Source: the human T2T-CHM13v2.0 reference genome, Homo sapiens
DNA length: 64,000 nt
Assembly (NCBI RefSeq): GCF_009914755.1
Contig: NC_060925.1
Direction: 5' to 3' (one strand)
Shown here: positions 10,870 to 24,886 of the stretch, piece by piece
Position numbering within the stretch: the first letter of the stretch is position 1
Layout of the letters: the number at the start of each line of letters is the position of its first letter
Program-made: the position numbers and the translations under genes
The notes under the pieces: model-generated
What the model was told of the DNA's origin: nothing
What the model saw: only the letters and a program-made list of their open reading frames with translations
The model's database searches: none

Positions 10870-12460
10870 AAATACACACAGCCCGGGGGCCAGCCGGCCG
10901 CTCCGGGCAGGGGGTCCGCTTCTTTGCCAGGCCAGCACGAGTTGGCAGGCTGAAGGGCATCTAAATGGGACCCTCCTCTACCCCGGGCGTCCCCCTCCCC
11001 GCTCCTGGGGAAGCTGGCGGCCTCCTGGTGTCGCGGGCTATTTCTGGGTGTGGAGGGGGAGGGGAACTACGGTAAGAGGGACAGGGAACTGGGGCGCTGG
11101 AGCCGGGAAGCGGGTGAGCGAGTCTTCCCAACCGCTATGTCCCCTATTAAAAAGAACCCCGCTCCTTCGTGAAACCCCTTTTCCCTTAGCCTTTAAGCTG
11201 CCGGGCCGCGACGGGGAACTGGCCAACTCATCCTTCGCCGGGCTCTCCGCCCTCCGGGCTCTGGGGCAGAACAGGGTCCTGAGGCGGCGTGGGCGAGGGC
11301 AGTCAATGAGCGGGAAGGACGTGAAGAAGGTGACACAGGCTGCCCCCCACTGGAAAATGGGTTGGGAGGGGGTGCGGCCCGAAGACCAGAGGATAGCAAA
11401 GGTCCACGGAAAAGGGAGCTCCTGGCCCGGACGCGGCGTGGGGAACGCGTCCTAGCGCCGGGGATGCGGAGCTGGGGAGAGGGGTGGGAGCCCCATCCTG
11501 GTTTGGGTGCCCCAGGGGGCGCTCACTCGGCGTAGCCTGTGCTCCAGGGCAGGCGGCGGCCCGTGTCCGGGGGGCTTTGCACAGCCCGGCCCGCGTGGTC
11601 ATCGGCGCGTCGCAGCCCCCCGGGGCTCAGCTGCAGAAAGGTCGGTCTGGAGAAGCTCGCTCGAGCCTCAACAGCCTTCGCGGGCGTCGCGCTCCCGCTC
11701 CCAGCCTTCGCGGGAGGGCTCCTGGGCGCTTCTGGAGCGGCGGCGGGCGGCGCCGAGGCGGCGTTGGGCAGGTCCGGGGATTTGGGGCGCGGAGGCGGAG
11801 CGCCCCCGGAGCTCACCAGGTGCGCCACGGCCGAGCGCACCCGGTTTAGCATGCTGCCTCCCTGCCCCGCCCTCGGCCGCGGCCCCGCCCCCGCCCAGGC
11901 CCCGCCCCCATGGCTCCGCGTGGGCGGTGCTCGCGCCAGCCGGCCCTTCCCTGCTACTGGCTCCCGGCCAGCTGGGCGGGTCCCGGGCGAAACTTGCCCT
12001 TGCTCTGGGCCACCCCAGGAACCGGCCCACGGGTCCCCGGCCTCTGCCCCGCCCCATTCCGGCTTGGCCCCGCCTCCGTTTCTTAGGGGTAGGTTCTGTT
12101 GCTGTGGGAAGGGGGCGGAGAGAAGGAAACCTTATTTCAGCCGTGCGCTAGATTAGACACAGCTAGAATGTCTCCATTGTGACGGGGGCTGAGGGACAAG
12201 GGGGTGCGGTCTCCTCGCTCTCGGTTCGGTGTGGCCAGCCAGCCCAGAGAGCCATGGAGCTAATGACCTCAGAGCAAAACAGGCGCTTGGGAGCCGCTGG
12301 GTATGAGGCGCCAGGTGTGACACCACCTCTGGATGGGGCTGCTGGAGCGAGAGCGGGCAAGCTGGTACCGGGTGGGGTTGCGGGATTAATGACGCAGGCT
12401 GCAGCCGACCACCCCGGAATCAGGAGCCGGGGTAGATTCCTGGGCTCCTGATGCGCTGTT
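10870..12460. promoter_or_regulatory. CpG island / PPM1J promoter
   Basis: High CpG density, clustered CCGCCC boxes at 11865-12075. Confidence 0.85.
11527..11852 (-). CDS. PPM1J: PPM1J exon 1 (protein phosphatase 1J / PP2C-zeta); 10 exons sum to 1518 nt = 505 aa + stop
   Basis: MLNRVRSAVAHLVS...RRLPWSTGYAE; donor GA|gtgagc; all exon phases are consistent. Confidence 0.96.
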
Positions 12461-14367
12461 CCCCGTGAAGACCACCTCTAGATCTGGGAGAGCGGTTGCT
12501 ACTCCCACCCTCCTTTCTCTCTCAGAACCCAGGTCTTTCCCACAATGTAGACCTTCCCTGACCACAGCAGGACAAGCTATTAATAGGATAATAACAACAT
12601 AACAAATACTATTTATTGAAGAAGTACTGCATACTAGACCCTTTACAAAGCACGTTCCATACAGTATTAGGTTATTTATACTGCACACCAATCCTTCAAG
12701 ATGGTTTTTTTTCTGTCAGTTTCACGGATGAGGCAGGACGGGACGCTTCCTGTCATTTTACCGTGACTTGCCCCAGGAGGTCACACGGTCAAGTGAAAGA
12801 TTCACACCTATGTCGGCCTCCTGACATTCAAACCTGCTCTGTCTTAAGAACCAAGCTTACTTCTCCGGATCAGGGAGGAAGGGCTAGAAAGGAGATCAAT
12901 GGCAGAGAGAGGAGTGGGGGTTCCTCCCCTCCCATCCTTCTCTTAGGGCCAGGGCTGAGAGCAGTCCGGGAATGCTGAGCAAGTTCTGTGTCTACCGCCA
13001 GGGGGAGACAGAGGCCAGGCTAAGCCCTTGCCTAAGAAGAGTAAAAGCACACTCACTGGAAGACCAGGACAGAGCCCAATGCCTGGTTGGCTGCCCGTTC
13101 TTCCTAACTTCTCCCCTCTGGGAGAGGGTGGTACTGACCTGATGCCACAAGAGCTCTGTCTCTAAACCTCCTATCAGAAAGTTGATCGCTAGGTATCCAC
13201 AGACACCACCCATCCACACATCTCAAATGGGGACAACGCCGTTGTGGCCCTCAAGCAAGTTGGAAGTAGCCATCAGGGACTACGGCACCCAGTTCACGGC
13301 TGGAACTTTTCTGGGCTCTGTCGGCCAGGTGCTTCCTGACCACATACCACTTTGTTCCCCAGGCTAAACTGTGTCCCCAGAAGGGATGACTTTCTTGGCA
13401 GCTTCCAAATAAAGATCCCACAGTGGTCCTTCAGGTTGGTAGACTTACTATGCCTGCTTTGTTACACCTGAGCTTTAGGCAGAGAGAGACAGAGGAAAAG
13501 AAGTCACAGGAGAGAAAAAAAACAGACCCCAAGGCAAATAGAGCAGCAAAAGAAGACGGGGACAAAGAACAGGCTGCTTCTATAGGTTTTCCCCTGCTAT
13601 TTGAGAAAAACTGGAACCAACTCTCAGATAAATAACAGCAGCAGCAAGCCAGCAACTGAAGAAACAAATATAACTCCTGGTTGTTTTTATTATTCAGTGT
13701 TTCTGGGACAGTTTACTTACCACTTCTTCGTGTCACCCAGCTCCCTATTCCCTGCCCTTTCTAGCACCCACCATGGTGTGGCTGCAAGCTGTCCGCAAAG
13801 CTAAGCCAAGAGACCCCCCCAGCCCCAGCACCAGATGATCAGCAGGGAGAATAACAGCTCCCTGGGGCTCCAGAACAGCCCCCAGCCATGGCCTAATCCT
13901 AAGGCTCCTCCTCCCTGAACCTCTCACCTCCTATTCCTGGCACCATTATGCCTCCTCCATCCTCAGACTGCCCCAGAACCTGGTGAGGTCATCACCTCTA
14001 CTCATCCCTGAGGCAGCGGAAAGTGAGAGAGAAAAGGGGATGGGGTATGAAGAAGCAGACTTGTGGGATGTTTTTCTCTGTGAAGAGTGAGACTCTGCTT
14101 AGTGGCTGGCCCTGCTGGGGGAGTGTGAAGCTTGAACCAAGGAGGGGGACTGGACAGCCTCAAGACAGGCCCCTTTATCTCAGGCCACAGTGGTGGCTCA
14201 GGGCCCAGAACTGGTCATCTTCTGCCTTGTCTCTCCCCTTCACATCACCCTAAACCCAAAGGCCTCTTAAACTAAGAGGAAAGTCCCTTCAAATTCACAG
14301 AACACCACTTCCTCTCATTTGTCTAATACATTCGCATCCAAAACAGATCTCTGTAAAGAATTATTCA

Positions 14368-14771
<404 letters not shown>

Positions 14772-14969
14772 AAGAAACTAGGTCTCAGAATTTGGTTCCC
14801 ATGTTGGTATTCACACTTAACATCCATAGGGACCATTCATAGCCTACTACTGTCCTCCTGCCTAATGCCCACACCCTCATACTTCCTCTAGCCCTCCCAG
14901 CCCCTGAGAGCACCACTCCTGGGAGAGGAAGAGATATTTACTATTCCCTCCTAAATATCATTCTAGAAG

Positions 14970-15180
14970 AGTGCTGCTGAACAGAACTTTGTGCACTGAC
15001 GGGAATGTTCTACATCTGCTCTGTCCAATACAGCAGTCCCTATCTTCGTGTGGCTATTGAGCATTTGAAATATGGTGCCTACTAATGAGGAACTGAATTT
15101 TAAGTTTTATTTAATTAATTTAGATTTAAATTTAAATATCAACATGCCACTAGTGGCTACCGTATTGGACAATGCAGTTC
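14970..15180. mobile_element. MER3-like hAT DNA transposon fossil
   Basis: ctgtccaata...gtggctattgagcatttgaaat...gtggctaccgtattggacaatgcag resembles MER3. Confidence 0.75.
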
Positions 15181-15329
15181 TGCAATCTTCAAAGCTCAAA
15201 AACCCTGAGGGTCTAGTCAATCACTCCTCACTCCCAGCTCCTTTCCCCCCAGCACCTCCACCTCCCCTGAGCCAGGGCACTGGGGGCCACAAGACCTTCA
15301 GGGTTTTGAGGGACCTCCTCTGAGTTGCC

Positions 15330-15850
15330 ACCACGGAGGTGTCCATCCTCACTGAACCTGCGGGTGCCGGATGTCCTCTCTCCCTTCCTCTTGCCCTCGG
15401 CCGCCAGGGGCCGCTGCGTCTCGGCTGTGCCCATCCGTTCAGCCGAGCGCCTGGCACTGTCCCGAAGGAGGCGGCGGCGCCCACGCGGGGCTGGAGGAGC
15501 GGGGGTAGCCCGGGGCGAGGCGGCGGTTGCGGCGGCGGCTGCGCGCTCCCCGGCCTGCCGGCAGGAACCTTGGAAAAAACCCGGCTGAGTTCTGCAGAGC
15601 TGGCGGGGCCGGGCCCAGAGCTCCCCTGTGCCCAGAGCCCGGCCCGCCCTGCGGATGATGCCAACCTGACCAGAACCCCGCTGTCCCGGGGGCGCAGCAA
15701 CTTGGTGAAGGGGACAGGGCTCCGGACTAGACAGCACCCAAGCTGGCCGCTCCCTCCCAAAGTCTGTCTTTCGGAGTGCTGGTCCCTGGCTCAGTGGCAA
15801 GGAAGACTTCAGGCCAGCAGATCGAACCAGTGGGCATCACCGTGGACCAG
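15330..15850 (+). promoter_or_regulatory. TAFA3: CpG island with probable TAFA3 promoter and first non-coding exon
   Basis: CpG-rich; donor CAG|gtaggt at 15850/15851; divergent from PPM1J. Confidence 0.7.
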
Positions 15851-17127
15851 GTAGGTCCCAGGTGTGGGGGCTCAGAATGTGGAGGAATGAGTAGGCGTTA
15901 GGGGGGTTTGTGGGGAGAGAAGGTGAAGAAAGGTTGAAGATTCTTGTGGTTCACATCCTCAAACCCTTGTAATGCAGGCTGCTAACTCAGCCTCACTAAA
16001 CCCCTGGATTGGGATTTAGGAAAAATAGGCTAGGAAATTGAGGCAGGAGCATGGAAGTCGAAAAACACATCCCAGAAGCTTCTATGTCCAGCTGTTTCAG
16101 GGAGGGAGGGAATAGAATGCCAGGGATGAGAGCCCAAATGAACACCCCCACCCCTCTGCTCCCCACCCCACCAAGGTCTTTTGGGCCTTGGGGTTCCTAG
16201 GAGAGATGCCTGAGTTGGATTGGAGGATGTTGCAGCTCAGAGGGAAATAGGATCACCTGAGAGAAGACAAAGCTGCATTTGTGATGGTCAAAAGGAGGGT
16301 TCCTGGAGGGCAGGGAGAAGAGATCTCTACTCAGGAAAGAGGCACATCTAGAAGAGTGGGAAGCTCAGCCCAGGGAGCACACCCATCCCCTGGGAACTGG
16401 CACCTCTTCTCTGTGTTCCTCCAGATTCCCCTTATGCTCTCGCTCCTAGGAGCTAGGACTCAGGGGTCTCTGTCCTTCCGGGGCCCCACCATCCTATATG
16501 TTTCAGTTCTGCCTCCCTTTAGAGAGGTGAGGGAAGAGAGGTTCTTAGGGAGAAATGGAAAGCTATTGGAGGCTGTGGCCTTCAAAGGCTCAGGGACCTG
16601 GAGTGTCCCCATTCCAGCCCTCTGGTGTGGGAATGGGGGCAAGGGATGCTAAGCCAAGCCAGCTCCATGTGAGTCCAGGAAGCAGGTGCCATAGTGGGTA
16701 GGAGGTGGAAGCAAAGAGGATCAGGGCCTCAGGTATCTCCCACGTGCCTCTTCCAGCAGGAATCTGTCAGGTTCTGCTCCTTCCTTGACCCTCAGCTCCC
16801 TCCCAAGGCCAGAGAGATGACAGCTGTGATTCTTAGACCCCTCCCTACCATCACCCTGCTTCACTCTTGGGATAGAGAAACTCCCTCAGGCCACCCTTCT
16901 CAGGCTCACCACCCTGTGTGATCCCAGAGTCTGCAAGAGCCCCTCCAGATTCCCAGGCCAGAAGAGACTGTCCCTGCCCTGGCACCTGAGAACAGCTTCA
17001 GAATTGGGCTGAACTTCAGTGCCCAGCCCACCCCCTTGCCCTCTCCCAGGTTCTCCTTCACCCCCTGCAGAGCCATCGGCTCCCTCTATCCTTTGCAACC
17101 CCCTATGAATCTTTCCTACTTGTCCAG

Positions 17128-17185
17128 GTGGAGTGAGTCTGAGGACAGCAGATGAACAGACAGAAACTGAAAGATCCCCAAAAAG
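17128..17185 (+). other. TAFA3: TAFA3 5'UTR exon (58 nt) containing an upstream ATG at 17152
   Basis: ctttcctacttgtccag| acceptor and consensus AAG|gtaagt donor. Confidence 0.78.
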
Positions 17186-17879
17186 GTAAGTGGGGAGACA
17201 TTGAAGATGGGGAGTAGCGGGGGTGGACAGAGATCAAGTACCCTATCTGAGGAGCAACTGGGTCCTAGCAGTTGGTTTGGCCTCTGGTATTCCCAAAGCT
17301 GCACTGGCACTTGTGGGGGCCCAGCAGTGGTCCAGGCTCACCCCTGAGCTTTTGGCCTTGCTGCATCCTGGGACTTCTCCTGCTCCCTTCAATGGCTGGG
17401 CAGCTCCTAGCTACTCTGTGCCTCTTGCTTCCTTAGGATTCCCTCCATTTCCAGCCTACCCTTCAGGGTAGCTTTGGGAGGCCCAAACCATCAACGATGA
17501 AAGAGGAAAAGGAAAGGGGAAGAGAACAGAGGCAAGGTGGTGCAGTGGGCAGAGGGCAGGCTTCTAGGCTCTGAACTCTTCCACCCACATGCTGCCTGGC
17601 CTTGGGCAAGTCATTTGACTTCTGTTAGCCTCGGTTTCACCTCTTCCTTTTTAAATTTAAATTCTGTTTAAATTGAAGTGCTACTGCATTCCCGTGGTTG
17701 GCAGCTCAAAAAGCAAGAAATAAATCAGGAGAAAAAGTCTCTCTTCTACCTCCATCTCCCAACCAACCAGTTTCCCTTTTGGATGGCAAACAATATTACT
17801 AGTTTTAAAATATATTTTTCAAAGCTAGTTTATGCATATCTGAGCAACATAGATAATCCTTCCTTTATACACATTTTAT

Positions 17880-18166
17880 TTTATTTATTTTTGAGCTAGG
17901 GTCTCACTCTGTTGCCCAGGCTGGAGTGCAGTAGCACAGTCATAGATCACTGCAGCCTCAAACTCCTGATCCTCTCACCTCAGCCTCTGGAGTAGCTGGG
18001 ACTATAGGTGTGCACCACCATGCCTGACTAATTTTTTAATTTTTTGTAGAGATGGGGTCTTGCTATGTTGCCTAGGCTGGTCTCGAACTTCTGGCCTCAA
18101 GTGATCCTCCTGCCTTGGCCTCCCAAAGTGCTGGAATTAGAGGCATGAACCACCACTCCTGGCCTG
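17880..18166 (-). mobile_element. AluJ
   Basis: Antisense dimeric Alu with J-type features. Confidence 0.85.
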
Positions 18167-18784
18167 CCTTATACACATCGTATACACACCATTCTACACT
18201 TTGCTTTTTTTCCCCCTTAACAGTGGATTATCACTGGAGATCACTGCATGTGTCAGGACATAAAGCAATTCCCCATTGGTTTTTTTACAGCTATCTGGAT
18301 GGGACTGCATTTGTACAGACTCTTTACGATGTATTCAGCCAGTCTTTTACTGATGGTTGTTTAGGTTATGTCCTAGCTTTTTGAGCTTTGGTTTTCTCAT
18401 CTGTAAAACAGGTAATAATAATGTTGCTTTGTAGGACAGTTGTGAAGAATTCAAGAGTGTGCATGTGAAGTGCTGGAACCAAGCACTCAAAGAGTAGGAG
18501 TCAGTATTATTGTCCCTCCCATGTCACGACCCTCCATGGGCCCATAGCTAGTTCATCCTCCAAGATGCCTCTTAAATGTTGTCTCCTCCAAAGGCTCTCC
18601 TTTTCTTCCTGCAGCACTCACTACTGCCTGCATGACTCTGTGCCAGGTCGAAAGATGCCTGGGGACAAGGTGTGCCTCCTCCCCATCTTTGTGCCTCCCA
18701 GAGTGTGTGGCACAGAGAAGGTGCCCAGGTGCACAGGGGAGCTTCTGCCTGGAGCTGAGCAGAATGTGTGCTTCTCTCCGCAGG

Positions 18785-18899
18785 ATGAGTGAGAGGGTCG
18801 AGCGGAACTGGAGCACGGGCGGCTGGCTGCTGGCACTGTGCCTGGCCTGGCTGTGGACCCACCTGACCTTGGCTGCCTTGCAGCCTCCCACTGCCACAG
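18785..18899 (+). CDS. TAFA3: TAFA3 (FAM19A3) first coding exon: signal peptide
   Basis: ccgcag|G ATG; MSERVERNWSTGGWLLALCLAWLWTHLTLAALQPPTAT; donor G|gtttgg. Confidence 0.93.
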
Positions 18900-19394
18900 G
18901 TTTGGAGGAGGTGGCAGGGCCCGGGGAGGGAGTTTCCCAGGACACCTGGGGAGCTGGACACCACTCCACCGTGTTCCATAGCAGGCAGGTCTCCCAGGCA
19001 GAGTAAAATCCAGAGATTCTAGGGGTTCCGGCTCCTCCTCTGCTCTTTACCCAGGAATCTCTGCCCACCCCAGCTGTCCCGCCCCAGAGAAGGTCTGGGC
19101 AGACCCTTTGCTCACCTCTCCTTCCAGGCTGGAAGGTGTTCTGTAGTGAGAGAGGCCCTCGGGTGAGGGCTTATCTCTAGCCTCCTGGCCTAATTCTATG
19201 GTTTTCCTTCTGGGATGGCTAAAGCCTGTGTAAGCGGATGATCCTCCCCACGCATTGTAAGCCCTGGGGCCCTTGCCCTCACCCTGAGGAAGCTGGGGAG
19301 GCGGGGCTGGTGCGGGACTCTGTCTTCTGCCCAGGGGCCGTGCTCTGCCAAAGGGTGAAGAGCACAGGCCTCACAGGGGAGGGAGGAAGAATAG

Positions 19395-19721
<327 letters not shown>

Positions 19722-20535
19722 TGAGAGGCCAGGACCCGGGCAGGGCCCTGAGCAGAGCCATAAGGAGGCCTGTTCAGGCCTCGCCATCTGCTGGGGATAC
19801 AATTTCATACCCGTCTCAGGGCTTTCATGAGCAGTCTCAAATGGTGGGGCCCCCTCTGGGAGAAGAGGGCAGACGTGGCCATCCCTGTGTCATAGATGAG
19901 AAAAGCTCTTGTTATGCGCACAGCCTCCCACACTCACGTGCCCTCTGCCTGTTGCACACACAGGAGCGTTCCCTCACACAGCCCCACTCCTCTCCCCACA
20001 CACTTCCTCCAGCTCCTTCCCCTGCTGCTCCTTCCCCTGGCTGTCTCAGCCTACTCTCCTCTCCTTCTCAGCCCTTCTCTCACACTTTCCTATGTGGACA
20101 CGTGTGATCCTTCACACCCACACTCATTACCCTAACACTCATTTGGCACCCCATACACATGCCCACTGTGTCACGCGCATACCAGCTATGCCAGCTATGC
20201 ACTCCTGGTCTGTAGACCCCTCCAGACGACTCACACCCTTGCTCACACACCACAGAGGGAGTATACTGGTTGTGCATCGATGCTAGTGACATGGTCACCT
20301 TAGAGACATTTTTGCCTGCCTTCACCCGTCACTGTCTGGGGAGATGCAGGGATCGGTGGGATTAAAGTTGAGAGGGTTACGTCCCCAGGCCTCAGGCTGA
20401 GTACTGCCTCTCTGGGCAGCCTGGAGTAGGGGAAAGACAAGGGAAATGCATGGCTCAAGGCCAGGGGTGTGTGGAAACGTGCACCTCATTCGCAGACCTG
20501 CTCTTGGCTGCCCACTGTGCTCGTAGAGACCCTAG

Positions 20536-20943
<408 letters not shown>

Positions 20944-20985
20944 TAGTTTGCCTCCAGAAAATATCAGGCCTATAAAAACATAGTC

Positions 20986-21350
20986 CATGGAATACTATGC
21001 AGCCATAAAAAATGATGAGTTCATGTCCTTTGTAGGGACATGGATGAAATTGGAAATCATCATTCTCAGTAAACTATCGCAAGAACAAAAAACCAAACAC
21101 CGCATATTCTCACTCATAGGTGGGAACTGAACAATGAGATCACATGGACACAGGAAGGGGAATATCACACTCTGGGGACTGTGGTGGGGTGGGGGGAGGG
21201 GGGAGGGGTAGCATTGGGAGATATACCTAATGCTAGATGACGAGTTAGTGGGTGCAGCGCACCAGCATGGCACATGTATACATATGTAACTAACCTGCAC
21301 AATGTGCACATGTACCCTAAAACGTAAAGTATAATTTAAAAAAAAAAAAA
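20986..21350 (+). mobile_element. 5'-truncated young L1 3' end, L1PA2-type
   Basis: Near-L1HS 3'UTR with G-rich tract; gatgacGAGttagtg rather than the Ta-diagnostic ACA; A13 tail. Confidence 0.88.
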
Positions 21351-21392
21351 CAACATATTAGAGCAGCAAAAAAAAAAAAAAAAAAAAAAAAA

Positions 21393-21967
21393 GAGCTTAA
21401 AACAGAACTACCATTCAACCCAGCCATCCTATTACTGGTATATACCCAAAGGAAAATAAATCATTTTGCCAAAAAGACACATGCACTTGTATGTTCATCA
21501 AAGCAGTATTCATAATAGCAAGGGCATATAATCAGTCTAGGTGCCAATCAACATTGAATAGGATAAAGAAAATGTGGCACTTATATACCATAGAATACTA
21601 CACAGCCATAAAAAAAATAATGTTTTCTGTAACACCCTGGTTGCAGCTGAAGGCCATGATCCTAAGGGACTTAGCATGGCAACGGAAAATCAAATACCAC
21701 ATGTTCTCACTTCTGAGAGCTAAACATTGGGTACACATGGACATAAAGATGGGAACAGTGGACGATGGTGACTACCAGAGCAGTGAGAGAGGGAGGGGAG
21801 CAAGGGCTGAAAAACTACCTATTGGGTCCTATGCTTACTACATGGGTAATGAGATCAATGGCACTCCAAACCTCAGTGTCATGCAATATACTCATGTAAC
21901 AAACCTGCACATGTAATCCCTGAATCTAAAATAAAAGTTGAAATATTAAAAAAAAAAAAAAAAAAAA
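21393..21967 (+). mobile_element. Older L1 3' end (L1PA15-16/L1PB-like)
   Basis: Degenerate ORF2 C-terminus (IKKMWHLYTIEYYTAIKK) plus old-type 3'UTR, AATAAA 21930-21935, pure A20. Confidence 0.8.
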
Positions 21968-22408
21968 CATAGTCGAGAATGGGAAAAATTATAAGATAAT
22001 TGAGGGAGGAATTGCTACTTCTACCTGAGCTCCAGGTACAGTAGTCACTCTGTCACTCACCTCTGCCGTGACCATCCCCCACCCCCACCCCATTCCCACT
22101 GTTGTTGACTCCCTACAGTTCATACCTACCCTCCTCTAGTCAGATTTCTCTGTCCACTGTCACAGCACCCAAGAGGATTATTATTTTCATGGTTTGCTGC
22201 CTGCTCCACAGAACAAGGGGTAATTAAATTTTTTATCAAACTCGTTAGCAGCTCCATGTGTGTCATGGCTAATCAGCCGCATTGCTCTGCCGTCACCATT
22301 GGTACAGAAGAGTGACACTGCAGGGCAAGCCAGGGTTCTGCCTTTGGCTTTCCTTCCCTCCCACCACACACAGCAAACAAGCAAACACATAAGAAAATAG
22401 AGAAGGAG

Positions 22409-22895
<487 letters not shown>

Positions 22896-23180
22896 CTACA
22901 GAGCTTGTGACATTTGTCACCATGTTATAGGTTTGGGTTTGTGGCCTGTAAGGAAGTGCTTGCAATTTGGGTAGCTACTCTGAAGCAAACAGTGGGGAGG
23001 CTTGTCTGACGTATGTTTGCATGGGTCACCAGGCCATGCTTTCCCATTCCGGCCTGCTTTAGGGTGAGAGGATTGGCAGCAATGTCCTCTAAGTGACCTG
23101 CATATTCTGGGTAGTCTCTGGCATGCTGGAATGGAATAGGCATTCCCTTCTCTAACCTTACCCTCTCGCTTCTTCACCAG

Positions 23181-23192
23181 GTCACACGATAG
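23181..23192 (+). CDS. TAFA3: TAFA3 last coding exon (VTR*); total 133 aa
   Basis: cttcttcaccag|GTC ACA CGA TAG. Confidence 0.92.
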   Translation, partial: VTR

Positions 23193-23763
23193 CTCTTGGG
23201 GGTCACGGCCTGGACAAGAAAGGCTTGACTGAGCCGTGAACTGAAGAATGGTATCCAGTCATCAGCCAGGAAAGATGGGGATTCACTTACATGCCTCATG
23301 TCAAATGCAGCATCAGTCTTTCCGGGGCATTTCAGTTAAGCTGCTCAGCAGATATGGATGGATCTGCAATCACATACCTAATGTGGAGCTGGGCTTTTCT
23401 GGAGACACGAAGGTCAACACACAATTCCTGCCCTTAAGGAATGTCCAGTTGAATTGGAGAGTTGATGACAGACAATTTAGATAATTTAGGTTAAAGTACT
23501 TGATACCAGACTGCGGCTTCTGGGCCACATGCTATGGCATGATGGGGGTTTGGGAATGAGATTCCCACAGTTCTTCAGATACCCTGTGGCCACAGGGCAT
23601 AGAAACAAGAGGTCACATTCAGCACCCACCACCTCCCTCTTTCGCATCAGTTCTGAATCCCCAGCAAGCTGTTAACATGTTGCAGGAAAACACTCTCCCC
23701 TTATGCCAGACCAGCAGTATCTCATTTGGATGGGATTGGATTGACTTGCGGAAGGAAAGTAAA

Positions 23764-23769
23764 AATAAA
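23764..23769 (+). terminator. TAFA3: TAFA3 polyadenylation signal AATAAA
   Basis: First AATAAA I found after the stop codon. Confidence 0.72.
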
Positions 23770-24886
23770 GCCAAATAACTTCCCAAATCTTTGGCACAGG
23801 TATGGGCCATTCATTGGGTATGGGATGGACAGGACTTTAAAATCATCTCCATCCAAGCACCTCAGGTTTTTGTTTGTTTGCTTATTTTAACAGATGAGGA
23901 AGCAGCTCCAGAGAGGTGAGGCAGTTTGCCCAAGATCTCATAGCCTGGGCTCCCAGACCTCTAAGACTGATGACTTTCCACTAGCCTGAATAATAGGATT
24001 CCAACGTAGGCCTCCCATGTTAATTTTATGTCAAGTTACTGGAACCAGCAAAGTACAGGCTGGACAGCAGCAACATTTTTCTTGGGAGATGCTAGAGCAG
24101 AGACTTTTACTAAGGTCACTGTTCTCCTGTCTGAAATAATCCAGAATATCCACACACCGGGATGTGGGACCATCTGGTCTCCACTCTACTCTCATCCTCC
24201 AAATTTCAAGCAGGCCTTATGACACCCAGAGGTCACTCAACTCAGTTACAGCTGGGGCTCAGCTGGCATCTCCATTGCCCACTCTGACCCATCTCTTCTG
24301 GGGTCTTTGGGCTATGATTCTCAGAAGGTCTGGCTCCAGGAGAAATTCTGGGTGGGATGTAGAACTGGTTAGAGTCTTCTCTTTTCAAAGGCCCCTGCTG
24401 GGCAGCAGGGGTGGAAGGCTAGAGCCTCCGTTTAGAATTAAAGGTCAGTGCAGTCAGGCTGACACTAGATGGCTCAGGGATGACACATAGGCTTCAGGGA
24501 CTCAGAGGCATGGGCTACTTAGATATCTCATCAGTAAGAGAATTGCAGCCTCTGAGACTGTGGGTGTTGAGATCACCAAGGCCTTAGGGAGGGGGGTGTC
24601 AGTAGAGACCCACCTGGACGATGCTGAATTCTGACCCTCAGAAAGACAAATCAGATGATAGTTTGTGGCTGAGTCTCAGCTTCTCCCTCCCTCCCTGCTC
24701 AGTAGAACCAAGACTGATATTCCCCTTTTCTTGCCCTACTCCAGTTTATTTTCTTGTTTTTGACAATGGGGTGAACAATGGTGCCAGCTTCTTACTAGAG
24801 TGTAAATATCAGAACTCACAACTCAGAATCTCTGCCGATGGTGGGCTCATGGGGTGGGGTAGGTAGGGAGTTGGTCAAAGATCGTC

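Noticed and set aside
11484-12156. Overlapping 120-214-aa ORFs over the PPM1J promoter
   Set aside because: GC-rich shadow ORFs of exon 1 and the CpG island.
20995-21916. ORFs of 104 and 141 aa in the TAFA3 intron
   Set aside because: Translations of L1 3' sequence, not host genes.
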